Part shown: positions 25,831 through 38,149 of the stretch, one piece after another
Layout: each line of letters opens with the position of its first letter
Position numbering within the stretch: position 1 is the first letter of the stretch
Source: Octopus bimaculoides
Lineage: Eukaryota
Assembly (NCBI RefSeq): GCF_001194135.2
Contig: NC_068982.1
Coordinates: forward strand, 85,059,333 to 85,123,332
Reading direction: 5' to 3'
DNA length: 64,000 bases
The notes under the pieces: model-generated
Told to the model about the DNA's origin: nothing
Databases searched by the model: none
What the model saw: only the letters and a program-made list of their open reading frames with translations
Translations under genes and position numbers: made by a program

Positions 25831-25899
25831 GTAGGTACTTTATTCTTATCTTTGTTTTGATAGACCCGTAGGCGGGCCTGAATTTTTTTCAGTATATTT

Positions 25900-26830
25900 G
25901 TCAGAGGGATTAACACAATGATGAAGTGTTACAGAGAGAGCAAGTCTCCTTAGAAAATGCTCCTATACATTTCCATATTACCTAGTGATTCATTTGCACA
26001 TGTCAGTTATACTTCCCATTCTCTCATTGCCTTCTCCAGAAAGTTGTTTATCTTCTCATTGACTCTGAGCATTCTCAGACATTTCAAGGGCCAGATGTGT
26101 GAGACACTGTTGTAGGCCTTCCAATAATCTATCTATCCAACAGCTAAATTCTTCCTCTCTCTTTTCTTTGTCCTTCTCTATAAGTACTGTCCTTCCTTTT
26201 ATCATCCATGTTGGTGTTCCATTTTCTATGCAGTCAATTAAACACTCATATATAGCTGTGTATACCCAGGAGGTTTTTGAACCACAGAACCTGGATACCA
26301 TTTGGTTAGGAGGTTTTCCAGTTTCGAATTTTCTTAATCATCTCTTTTACTTTCTTAAAACTGATTGTTATATTCTCTAGCATTGCTCCATCTTCCATTC
26401 CTCTTTTAAATTCCCATAACCAATCTGCTTTTTTATATTATGTTAGACGTCCTTGCTCTAGATTTCCAAGCAGAATTTTCTTACTGCTTCAGCTTCTGCA
26501 TATCATTTCTTTTCTGCTCTTTTAAACTGATAGAATTTTCCTTTGTTGATCTTGAAGAGTCTATTCTGTTAATACTGATTTGCTCTCTTTTAGTATCAGT
26601 TACTTTTTACCTACTTCGATTTTTTATTTTTTTGCTTTAGTTCTTCTTTAACTGCATGCTGGCTCTTCTGATTTATGTTGTGTTCCCATGTGTCTCTCCT
26701 TCACCTTTTTCTTTTCTACGATTGCATTTTTACATCCAAGATCTCTTTTGAGCTATTCAATTTGATTCTCAAGTCTTTGTTCCCACCACGGGGATTTGTC
26801 CCTTGTGCTTCTTTCACTTTTAACTCCAAG
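25900..26830 (-). mobile_element. R4/Dong-like non-LTR retrotransposon fragment abutting (AAT)n
   Basis: P.WM.KGRTVLI.KD motif and PGG-like pre-RT region; the 5' edge joins the (ATT)n array at about 26840-26900. Confidence 0.6.
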
Positions 26831-26838
26831 GGTGTGCA

Positions 26839-26886
<48 letters not shown>

Positions 26887-27019
26887 CATCGTTGTTATTA
26901 TTACTATTACTAAAGTTACGGTAAAGATAAGAAAAATGAAACATGTTAATCTCTGGTTGTTAGAATGTAAGAACTTTACAAGGCAGCAAAGACAGTCTAG
27001 AACAAAAAAACTGCACTAA

Positions 27020-27760
27020 TTGCAAAGGTAATCAGCTCATATAATATTGATATTGCTGCTCTATGTGAAACCAGGCTTGCAGATACAGGTGAATTAGAAG
27101 TTGTGAGTGGTTATACATTTTATGTTTTGGACTGAAAAGCCAGCAGATGAGCCAATTTTTTTAATTTACCATTAAATCACTTTACTGTGTAAGTTGCCAT
27201 CCATCCTTCAAGTTGTTGTGACCTTTTGAATACCCATAGGTAATTCCCTATTTATGTATATTATCAGTTCATATGCATCTACTTTATCAGCACCTGAACA
27301 AGAACATCACATATCCTATTCTAAATTGCAAACAGTTATCAGTAAAATTCCATATCATGACAAAGTCATATTGATAAGTAATGTTAATGCCAAAATAGGT
27401 AACAAGCACACCCTCCTTCGCTGTCAATTATGTCTCCTTGGAGTTGCAAGACCACCAAGCATTTGAAAGAATTAATTTCAAGGGTGCTCTTCTTATTAAC
27501 TATTTCTGAACATTTGCCACATATGAAGTCCTCTTCTGACCGAGTGGCTGAGATCTTACTGCAATTCTTGAACACAAGTTAATGAAACTTTTACCTATTC
27601 CTTTTCCACATACTGGATTAGTCAATTCCCAGATTTTTGCAAAGTTTTGTTTTCTTTCCATCTGGCTAAAACTTTCATCTTTGCTATGTTTACTTCAAGA
27701 ATTCTCAGATTCTAAGCTTTGAACCCACATGTTCAACTAAGAAAAATAAATTCTCAATGT
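27020..27760. mobile_element. Two LINE fragments in opposite orientation (APE-like on +, RTE C-terminal zinc-finger-like on -)
   Basis: YIISSYAST...KVILISNVNAKIG on + is APE-like; FICGKC on - resembles the motif in the RTE at 43300. Confidence 0.5.
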
Positions 27761-28255
27761 GCTGAAGTTCCTATGGAGACTCAGTTTAAACTCTACCCTA
27801 ATGGCCTAGGGAACTATAACACACAAGAGGCTATGACAGATAGAGGACAAACTATAACACAGCAGCACTGAACCCAGAACAAAATTGTTTTTTTTGGCAA
27901 TTGCTACAACTTGCCCTGCTTGTCCTGCATTGGACAAGCAGATCATCAGTATGTTTGTTCTTGATGTGGAGAGCCTCCTTCATGGATCTGCATCACAAAG
28001 CCAAACTATGATAATTGCCATTTTCATACTATTTATTTTTGTTACAGTGGCTTCATATGCAAGCATTTTACACTAAGTTGCTTGGTTGATGTATTTCTGA
28101 AGTTACATTTAGGTGTAAGGTATGATTTGATTATAGTGTAATATCTGAGAGTATACTACAGATTATGGTGTAATACCTGACAGTAAGCTACTGAAAGACA
28201 GCAAGCTACAGTTTCTTAGAAAGCAACTATAGCTTGCTGTCACAGTTTTAAAATT

Positions 28256-28630
28256 TTATTACCTCCGCCTCAGTGATGGCAGATGTATTGTTTTCAGTTG
28301 TGTTTGTTTGTTAGTCCGTGGACAAGATATCTCAAGAGCCACTGAGTTGATTTGGATGAAAGTTTCAGGGATGTTTGGCTTCATGACTGGTATGAACTGA
28401 TTAGATTTTGGGATCGATGTGGTACTGGACAAGGATTCTCGATTATTTTTCTGGTTATTTTACTTAATTTTTGAGAGCGATTGGGTTCATTTTTAGTATT
28501 CTCGTTTGTGAGAGCAGCTGAGTTTATTTCAGATATTCTCATTTTAAAAATTATCCCTGCCTAATCATTGAGAGGACGTCGATGTTGCCTTGGTGGATAT
28601 TTGCGCTCTCTGAGTGCTCTTGTTTTAGTT
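28256..28630 (+). mobile_element. Helentron-associated non-autonomous element (HINE/DINE-like)
   Basis: 5' TTATTACCTCCGCC subterminal repeat, degenerate partner GGTGGA near the 3' end, GCGCTCTCTGAGTGC hairpin, T-rich end. Confidence 0.6.
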
Positions 28631-29312
28631 ATGAAGTTACAAGAAAGTGTTTGCTCATCTTTATCCTGTTTTATTTTTTAAAGATGTTTTTACTGTATTT
28701 TTATTTACATCTTTGTTTGATGAGACACAAGCTTGTCAAGTCTGATTTCACAATTTTTTTTTCTCAAATCATTTACTTTGATCTTGGTTACTTTCTACAA
28801 TCAACTCAAATACCTCCATTAACATGTATCTGACATTTACATAGCATATCCATACTAATAAATATTCTATCATAAAAGCAACTAGTATTAAATATTTTTT
28901 TCTAAATTCACCAAATAATCATAAATTCTCTTCACATAAATATAATCATTTTTATCTTTGTTTAGTCCTTGGTTAATCATGAGTAGGTAGATGTGTGATC
29001 AAAGATATTCCAGTCATAATTACACTATCTGTTTAAGAGTATGTAGTGTCCTTTCCCAAGACAACAGAATATGCTTGAGGAAAACTCCATTGCTATTTTT
29101 AGCAGGTCAAATAATCATGTAGAGCCTCCCAAGTAATCATGTAGAGCCCATAAATATAGAAATAAAAATGAAAGGGAATGCTTAAAATTCAAAATACATA
29201 TGCAAAATTCTTTACAAAGAAAGAAACAAAATTCAAATAAAAAAATTAAAATCACATTAGAAACATATTTAAATTTTAGGGGAAGAAATTTTAAAATCAA
29301 ACATTCATTTAC

Positions 29313-29582
29313 CTTAATTTTAATACTTTGTCCTTGTGGTAGGCCTCATCATCAGCAGATTTATCAAGAGCAGTATCGTCAGGGTTTGTCTCCAATTTAG
29401 CATTATTTATTGCATGACTACTTGTAGTTTTGACTTCTTTCATATCTCTTTCCCCTTCTCTGTTATGACCATTCTCTTTGCAAGCAGTCTCTTCCTCACT
29501 CTCATTACCTTTAGTGTAAAACTCATCAACTCCATTCTCCAAGAAGTCAGCTATGGAGCTAAGTAGGCCACTAGCAAGAGCA
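29313..29582 (-). CDS. MAP3K4: MAP3K4 coding exon, ALASGLLSSIADFLENGVDEF...DKVLKL
   Basis: TTGCAG acceptor and GTAAAT donor; 270 bp, phase 2/2, in frame with both neighbours. N-terminal part resembles IAGMLLKSTGSFLEFG. Confidence 0.88.
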
Positions 29583-29980
29583 CTGCAAGTAAAGCATATA
29601 TATTTCCAAATGCACTTATTTGAGAATGAAATGGATTTAATATAAACAGACAATCTAGAGAGCAACAAGAAAAAGACATTTAACTATAGAATTGCCTCCT
29701 ACATGCATATTTTTCCTCAACCAAACATTTAATAGTTCAAACTGAACATTAAACTGTGCTACCTTCACCAATGCCCCCAAAACCCCTATGACTATGAACA
29801 TTCTGCTACAGATTCCTTCTGAGATAATGAATTATTTTTTTAATAGAGATAAGTTATATGTTTTACTTCTGTTTCATATTTTATATGCTGTTCATAAAAA
29901 GATTTATACTTACACAAAACACCTTCCAAACTGATTTTACCATTCTAAAGATATAATCAGCTTATTTCTCACCTGTTTAA

Positions 29981-31810
29981 CCCTTTTGCATTCAGATTAA
30001 TCTGTCAAATGTAATGTTTATTTGTTCACATTACTTTGAATTATTCAGGTTCAAGAGAGTGTCCACAATATTTGCTTGTAACTTTGTTAATTTTTTACAT
30101 ACCGATTTGAAATTTTGTCAGTGGGTGCTTATATACCAGTGGTTTATAGTTATGTAATTTTAGCTGATCTTTCTGATTAAATTTGATTTTTATGGGCAAG
30201 TAAATTTAATTAACAGGTGTAAAAGCAACAACATTATGGATAAACACTAAAAATGAAATTCTTAATGCATCTTACCTGTTTAATTTTTTATTAAAATTAT
30301 CCCAGATCTCAACCGCCAACAATTTTGCCACTTTTCAAGATGAAGTACATTTATTTGAATTAATTAAAATACAGGTATGATTGGTACAAGATTTCATTCT
30401 TTCTCTATATTTCATTCAAACATTTTCATTGAAAATAAAGTACAAAACTCTTTTACCAGACAATATACCATTGGCTATGTATTCTTATACAATTTAATGA
30501 ATACATTTACATAACAGAATGCATCTAATAAAAAAAAACTCATTAACAGGTGAGACAAAGGTGAATACAGGTGTGTAACATACTGAAAATTAATATGTAT
30601 TTCCCACTTTCACATATTATTTGTAATAAAATGAAAGGAATATATGATAGTATTAATATCAAACAACAAAATTTAGTTATGTCATATTTCTATCGTGAAA
30701 CTATCCAAAGCACCCTTTACACAAGGTACTTTGCAAAACAAACACATACATGAGGTCGTGACTTGATATCCTTTTGCAGTTTTTCTTTTTTGCAGTGAAC
30801 ACAGTCTGCAAACTTTTTTCCTTCCATTTATTTTTTCCACTTTATAGAGGTTAATATTTCCTCTGTTGACATCCACCTCAGTTAATTTTGCTTTTCTCCC
30901 AGTTCTGTGCTTTCGGAAGAAAAGCCCTCATGTAGCTGAGATTCAATGTCAACCTGAAATTTTAAATATTCATAGTCCTTTGGTGGTGGAGGTACCTTGT
31001 GGCTTTTTACATAAACAATATATTAAGTCACTATAGTTAGACATAATACTGGAGATATATGGATCACCATACATTACATCAAGACTCCAGTAGTTCCACA
31101 GTTGAGGAAGCTGCTTGAAACCAAGCATAATGTTTACAGTGAAAAAGCTCACATTTCTGCAGTATCAGTTGGCTGCCATAGAGAATCGGGTCTTCCATGA
31201 ATAGAAATCATGTGTTGAGTATATTTGTTTCTCCCACAACAGTTTCAGAAAAACTTTTCAGTAAAAATAATAAAAAAAAAGGTCAAATGGCTGAGCATCA
31301 GGAAGTAGTCTTTTCTGTGAAATCAGGAATTGTGGTTGATGTAGTAATCTTCAACCATGTTGCTGTAATGCTTGCAATGTCATTTTCATCACTTTAATTT
31401 TTATCACTTTCATTATCAAAATCTTCCACATCCAATGAAGATTCATAAATATCAATATCAGATTCATCTTTAGACAAATCACTGTTGTTTTCATTTATAT
31501 TTTGTACATCATCAAAAGTAAAACCTTTGAAGTTGTAATCGCTACTTGCTGATGCCATATTGTTAAGAACTAAGATATACACTTCTCTTCAAACATTGAA
31601 AATACCAAGAAGTTTCAAAACTTTCATGGTATTTTTACTTGAATAAAGGCAGGAAAGGCTTTATCTCACATTATCTCAAAGCTACGAGAATTCAATAATG
31701 TGATTTGTTTATTTTCTTAGCGATTTCTTAGAGGAATCAGATACAGCCAGATCTGGCCGGTTCAAACTAATAATGGGAAATTATCTTCAGCCAGTCTGAA
31801 CTTTAAAGGG
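29981..31810 (-). mobile_element. Internally deleted piggyBac element
   Basis: TTAA at both flanks and CCCTTT termini. Acidic N-terminus, MLGFKQLPQLWNYWS motif, C-terminal Cys-rich CRLC...CLFCKVPC; the DDD core is missing. Confidence 0.75.
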
Positions 31811-31843
31811 TTAAACAAAAACATTCAATACAGTTGTTTTTAC

Positions 31844-32001
31844 CTAAAACGTTTTCCTGCTTCTGCTTCTCCACCAATGACAAAAGGGCAGATTGACTTT
31901 GTAAATGCCCATTCTTCTTCTAAAGTATTCTTCAAACTCTGAGATGCATCAGGTAAATTTTGCAGATTATTCATCCAATTTTGTAGGTAGTTGAAATAAA
32001 C
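31844..32001 (-). CDS. MAP3K4: MAP3K4 coding exon, VYFNYLQNWMNNLQNLPDASQSLKNTLEEEWAFTKSICPFVIGGEAEAGKRF
   Basis: Missed by the ORF track. AG acceptor and GTAAAA donor; 158 bp, phase 0/2. Matches VYFDYMRSWIQMLQQLPQASHSLKNLLEEEWNFTKEI...GGEAQAGKLF. Confidence 0.95.
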
Positions 32002-32439
32002 CTATTGAAGTAAGATTGAAAGCAAACAAAGATTGGTCAGATACTAATAAAGAAATTATTTACAAACTTGCTCTAAAATTTTATCTTGCACATATTCTTT
32101 TTCTGAAGAGTAGCAGAATAGTAAATAATAATACAGTAGACAGGAGAAATGTTGAAGGAAAGAGGTATGATGTGGAGAAAAGCAGACATAGTGCATGGGG
32201 AGAGCAAGAGATGCATGGTGGTGGGGAAGGTGAGATGATTTAGTGGCACAGAAGATTTATCAATATAAAGTGTAAATTAAAAGGAACTGTCTTGAAAGAG
32301 AAGAATGGATATGAAAAGAAATGGTTCTGAGAAGTGAAAAAGATAAGTGGAATCAGTGAAAAACTGGTGAAATATGTAGTTCTGCCCACATTTACTTATT
32401 TCAGCAGAATGCTGTTAGACACATGAAGAGAGGTCAGTG

Positions 32440-34560
32440 ACAGAAAGATGATGGGTGGTGGAGATGGCTTGATGAGGAAATTGAGCAAGGGGCTCATTTG
32501 TGCATATATATGCAATGGGCTTTCAGAATCTCAGTTTTGCAGAGATGTGTGAATCCTCTAAAAATATCACATATCACCAGTCATCTCCTCTGTGGAGACA
32601 TGTGAATTCTCTCAAATATCACATATCACCAGTCATCTCCTTTGTGAGGTTAAAGGTCTTCAAATCAGCCTTTACTACTTTATCCATCGTTTTCTTGGGC
32701 TTCTCACTGCTACAAATTCCATCTACATTTAAGTGACTGGCACTTCTTAACACAGCTGTCCTCATCCATATGCATCACATGTTCATACCAGTGCAGTTTT
32801 CTTTCTTGCACCTAACATCTGATTTCTCTTATGACTAATTTTTCTCTTAACACATTCACACTTTTTTAATTCATGCATACATACACTGTACATCCAAAAG
32901 AGCATGCTGGCTTCATTTTTTTTCTGTCAAATTCTCTACATTCAAAGCCCATGTCTCATTAACATGTAACATTGTAGTTTTTAACAAAAGCCTTTCACTA
33001 TGAAAGAAAAGATCTATATTGGCAGTAGTGGTAGTAGCTCCCTGAACTTTTTCCAACCTGTTTTAATCCTGACTACCAAACTTTCAGTGCAATCAGCTAC
33101 CCTGCATAATACATCTCTGAGGTAACAAAAGCTATTAACAGCTTCTAGTCAGTTACCTGGGTATTTAAGGAAATATATTTCCGGTGTGCTCATAGTACAC
33201 CATGCTTCTGTACATCTGTCACCTTCAAAAGTTGTTTTCTTCACTTGTGGTTCTACTATACCTCTTAAGTGTCCATATCCTACATTTGATACAACATATG
33301 GAGCTTATACTCTTTTTCTGCATATAGAGTAATGCCATTTCATGACGAAACCAGTCCTATCTTATTTCCTACATATTAAAACCTTCATCTCTGCTAAGTT
33401 CACCCTAAGATCTCTTGATTTCAGGTTTAGCAGCCCATGCCTCAAATTTCTTCTCTAATTTCACTAAAGGTTCAGCTATGAGAATTAGATCATCAACATA
33501 CAGTTGCTCCCATGGTCAGCCAGTCATAAACTCAGTTGTAATGGCCTTTAGCACTATGATGAACAGAAGAGAACTGAGGATTGAGACTTAATGGATTCCT
33601 ACCTTCCCAGTAAATTCATCACTGAAATCGTTATTGACTCTCACTTCCTGCATCTTTGTGCATATTTTGTACAGCCTCACACACAAGTCATTTGTCTACA
33701 CTTAGTTTCTTCAAAGACTGCCAAATACTGAGCATGGAACTGAGCATGTCATATGCTTTCTCATGATCAATTTAGAGTTTATTTTTAGCCAAGTATTTCT
33801 CTTTCATTTGTCTCACAAGCAAGATTGCCTCCATGGTGTTTCTTATGGGGCAAAGTCAAACTGCATCTCAACTAGGTTGACTGTCACAACTTAATTGTGC
33901 TACCACTCTCTCTATTATCTTCATAACCTAATCTAGTAGTGTGATTCCTCTATAATTTCCTCTCTCATAGGCAACTCCTTTGTAGCAGTTTACAATGATA
34001 CTGCTTCAGAAATTACTGGGTGTAACACTTTCCTGATTAACTATCCAGGCAGTAATCATGCATCTCACCTAACCAGATATTTTGAGCATCTCTGCAATTA
34101 TCCCTAATGAACCTGAAGTTTTCGCTTCCTTCATATCCTCAATAACATTATCCATCACTCTGTGATTAACTTGAATTGTTGGCTCCTTGTTGGGTTTGCA
34201 TGAGGTAGCTCCTCTCTATACTAAACATTCTACATGTTCAACAGTCTTGTCACATAACAAAACCTCCAGGTCATTTCTTATCTTCCATATTGATGGTGAA
34301 TATGTCTTCATCATTCTAAATAAACTTCTCACTAATGACATCTTGGTTGCCGCTAACACACTGTTCTGAACACCTAAATTATTCATGCCTGTCTAGCCAT
34401 TCTCCTAGCCATTTAGTAGTGCTCTCTATTATCAACTTCCCTTCAGGTTTTCCAAGCTTGTTACTTACCCTTTGCTGCCAGATCAGTGTGTTATTCTACC
34501 ACTACAACACCTTTGGTTTGGCTGGGATATTACTCCAGCCATGTATCTAATCTGTTACCC
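32440..34560 (-). mobile_element. Degenerate RTE LINE (RT and 3' region)
   Basis: Collinear with the RTE at 42670-44800; many stops; 44-bp tandem duplication near 32550-32645. Confidence 0.75.
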
Positions 34561-34995
34561 AATGCATAGATGACAATATTCGGAAGAAACATTAAAAAGG
34601 TTAATTTCTTGGATATTTTATTGGATCATCACATCAGGCTTTACTATCTTACCGTAAGCTGAATAAAAAATGTACTATATCCACAAATTTTCTAACCACC
34701 TCAAATATACACTTAATGGATTAGTAAGAATATTTCAACTAGGATTTCTACACTTTCTGCAAATAAGCAGGTATTCCATAATGATGCTGATTATTATAAT
34801 GAGGCACTTAGATAAAGTGGTTTTCAAGAATGTACTGAACATATAACAAATATCTACAAAAATCAGGATAATTCAACTACAAAATAGAGCAGTAGAAGGA
34901 GATTAAAAAATGACCATAATATATTACTAATAGTAATAAGTGTAGTTACAACAACAACAGTAATGCAAATAATAATGATGATGAGAAAGTGTGTA

Positions 34996-35042
<47 letters not shown>

Positions 35043-35834
35043 AATAGAAATGTACACGTTTCCAAAATTGAAGAGAAAGAGAGAAAAAAATCAAAAATAG
35101 AAATTAATGAGAGAAAAAAATCTAGAATAAAACTAACATAGAACTAACTTACTAATGTTGATGAGGAAGAAGAAACAACTGTTTTCATTTAGCCCTGGTT
35201 TAGATGATAGTTCATAAAACACAACTGAAACACAACTTCAAAATAATAGTTTTATATAACAGCTAACAATATGATTTAATATGACTTATTTATTCAAAAA
35301 CAGTATGAGAAACTGGAAGACTGTTCTGACTGCAGCTGGAAGTGAAATTGGACAAGTCAGCATCTAGAGGTGAATCTTTCGAGGAGACTCTGTGTCACCC
35401 TTACTATTTATTGTTAGTATGTTACCACTCTCCATGATACTGAGAAAGATTGGAGCAAGTTAAAAACTGAGACCAATCAATCACAAATGATTTGAAACTT
35501 TACAAAAGTCAATTGGATTCCCTCATTCAGTCTGTACAAATTTTCTGTCAAGACACCCAAATGGCATTTTATGTAAGAAAATTGCAGTTATTGAACTGGG
35601 GAAAGGGTCAAAAGTAGACAGCAGTGGAATACAGCTTCCAGATGATGAGTGGATAAAGAGAAGTGAATGGAAAAGGTTACAGGTATCTTGGTATTAGGCC
35701 AGATGATGAACATCAAGATGAAGGAAGAAATTTCTTCTGAACAGACTAGAAGAGTAAAACTATGTAGATCTAATCTAAATGGATGAACCTGATTAGAGGT
35801 GTCAATGTGAGGGCTGTAGGTGTAATATGTCACT

Positions 35835-36745
35835 ACATAGGAGTTGTGGAATGGACAAAGGAAGAACTTGTCAACATGGATAGAAAACTAAGAAGGTAAT
35901 GGCTATGCATACTAGAAGTAATGTAGCAAGGCTTACTTACCTAAAAAGGAAGGTGGAAGAGGACTGGTTGAAATAGAGGATAGTATTGTGAAGGAGATCA
36001 AGTCCTTGCACGCCTATCTGAAAGAATTTTGCAGGCTGCACTGAGTGGGGTGATCAGTGACAATGATGAGACCCTAAAGGAGTACAAAATGAGGACTAAT
36101 AGAAAAAAGATTATTCATTGGAAAGAGAAACTCTTACACAGAGAGTTTTCCAACAAACATAAAATGAAGCTGATGAATAATCCCAGAAATGGTTAAGACA
36201 TGGTTTTTTTCAAAAGAGACAGAAGGACTGATTCTTGCACCCAAGAAGCAACTTTATGAACCAATTCAATCAAGTGCAGCATTGATAAGACAGCAGTATC
36301 ACCTTTGAGACAGGCATATAATTAGTGGATGCTCAAAACCGGAACAAACAAAAGGAGTACAAAAAATGCCATAACAAAGTGGCAGTGTGAATACACTGGA
36401 AGTTATAAAAGTATGAGCTAGAATGTTTCATCAAGTGGTATGAGCACCAACCTTTGCTAGAATCAGAAAATGATCAGGTGAAACTTCATCAATGTAGCTA
36501 TACTTGCAGACCAGAATATTGTGAAGAAGAAAGATGATGGGAAAGTCAGGAAGTACCAAGATCTGGGATTGGAAGTTAAAAAAATTCATAGAACTTCTAA
36601 AGTGAGTGTGGTACCTATTGTAATCAGTGTGCTTGAGACCATCTCAAAGAGAGCAATATTCTAACATCAAAAGCTACAAATACATAACTTCATAGGAAGT
36701 ATTCAGTTGGCAGCAATACTTGGAACAACTCATATGCTGAGAAAA
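35835..36745 (+). mobile_element. R4/Dong-like 3' fragment with restriction-like endonuclease domain
   Basis: EWTKEEL..MDRK, ETEGLILA..EQ, HIISGC, IHW and KYQDL..E motifs across frameshifts. Confidence 0.7.
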
Positions 36746-36959
36746 GTGCTGCCTCTCTAAGCTGTAGGATGGAGCTGAGACATGACAGAAATAAATCAAG
36801 AGAAGTAAATAAATAATAATAATCATAATTAATAGTTATTATTAGATAATTGAAAAGAACAGATAGCATGGTACTGTAAGCTGCTATTAACAAGTGTGTT
36901 ATGCATGCAAGACTCTAGGAGTTCCAACAACAACAGCAGCAACAACAACAACAAAGCCT

Positions 36960-37850
36960 AGCAGAGTATTTACAGAACAGCATAGAAAAACTACTAAAGG
37001 CAGTGGATAAAGAACAGGTGATCAAGAGTGTAATGGGAGAAAAGGACAAGAATGAAATTCAAAGAGAGCATGTCAGACAGATCGAAGAGAAACCTTTACA
37101 TAGCCAATATTGGAAAGCCACTGAGGATGTACATGGAACAAGATCCTGAACTTGATTTAAAAAAGGGCAATTAATAAAAGAAACAAGAGAGCCTAATTGT
37201 AGCAACCTAAGATCAAGTGATAAAAACAAACAACTTGAGATAAAATATAAATGGAGAGAATGTGCCAGAAAAATGTAGAGTCTGTGGAACTTGGAACAAG
37301 ACAGTGGCATGCATTGTAACAGAATACCTCAAGTTGGCACAGGAAGAATATAAGAAATGGAGGCACGGCCAAGTTGTAAAAGTTTTACACTGGAAACTTA
37401 GCCAGAAATGGGGAGTTGAAGCTGGAAACACATGGTACAATCATCAAGTCAAAAGAGTACTGGAGTTGGATAAATGTAAGATTTTGTAGGACTTTCCAAT
37501 CCAAATGGACAAGAAGTTAGAAAATAATAGACTGGGCATAAGAAATATAGACAAGGAAAAGTGAAGTTGTTTACTAATTGGCCCATTATGCCCATTTGGT
37601 TCCAGGATCATAAAAAAAAAGACGACGAAAAACAAAAAAAAAAAAATACAATCCCTTACAATTTGAAATAGGAAGAATTTGGAGTATGAAAACTGTAAAG
37701 GTTTGTGCCTATAATAATTGGTACCCTGGGAACAGTAAGCAAAGATATAGACAAATGGCTGAAGGAGACTGGAATAGAATGCTCTGTAGAGCTCCTACAG
37801 AAAGTTTATCTTTTAGGGATGACAAGAATTATCATTAATATGACCGGTGA
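36960..37850 (+). mobile_element. Second R4/Dong-like 3' fragment
   Basis: KCRVCG...YKKWRHGQVVKVLHWKL (CCHC region), then IIIGTLG and LLQKVYLLG..RI. Confidence 0.75.
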
Positions 37851-38149
37851 GACACACACTGTGTTTTATTATGTATGATGCATATAATGATAGTTCTATT
37901 GTGTGTATGTGCATCTTTATATATGAATATATATGTACATATATATATTTGTGTGTGTATGTGTGTGTATGATTATTCAGTTTTATTTCAAGATTTCTTG
38001 CCAATAGAGAAAGAGCGAGTTTCTAATCTAGATCCAAAGCTCCTTCATTGGAATTTCAACAACATCAACAGGGTATTTTTGTATGCATGTATTTATATGT
38101 GCAGATTTGTATGTTTTATTTTATGTATGTATTCTCATGCATATAGTTG

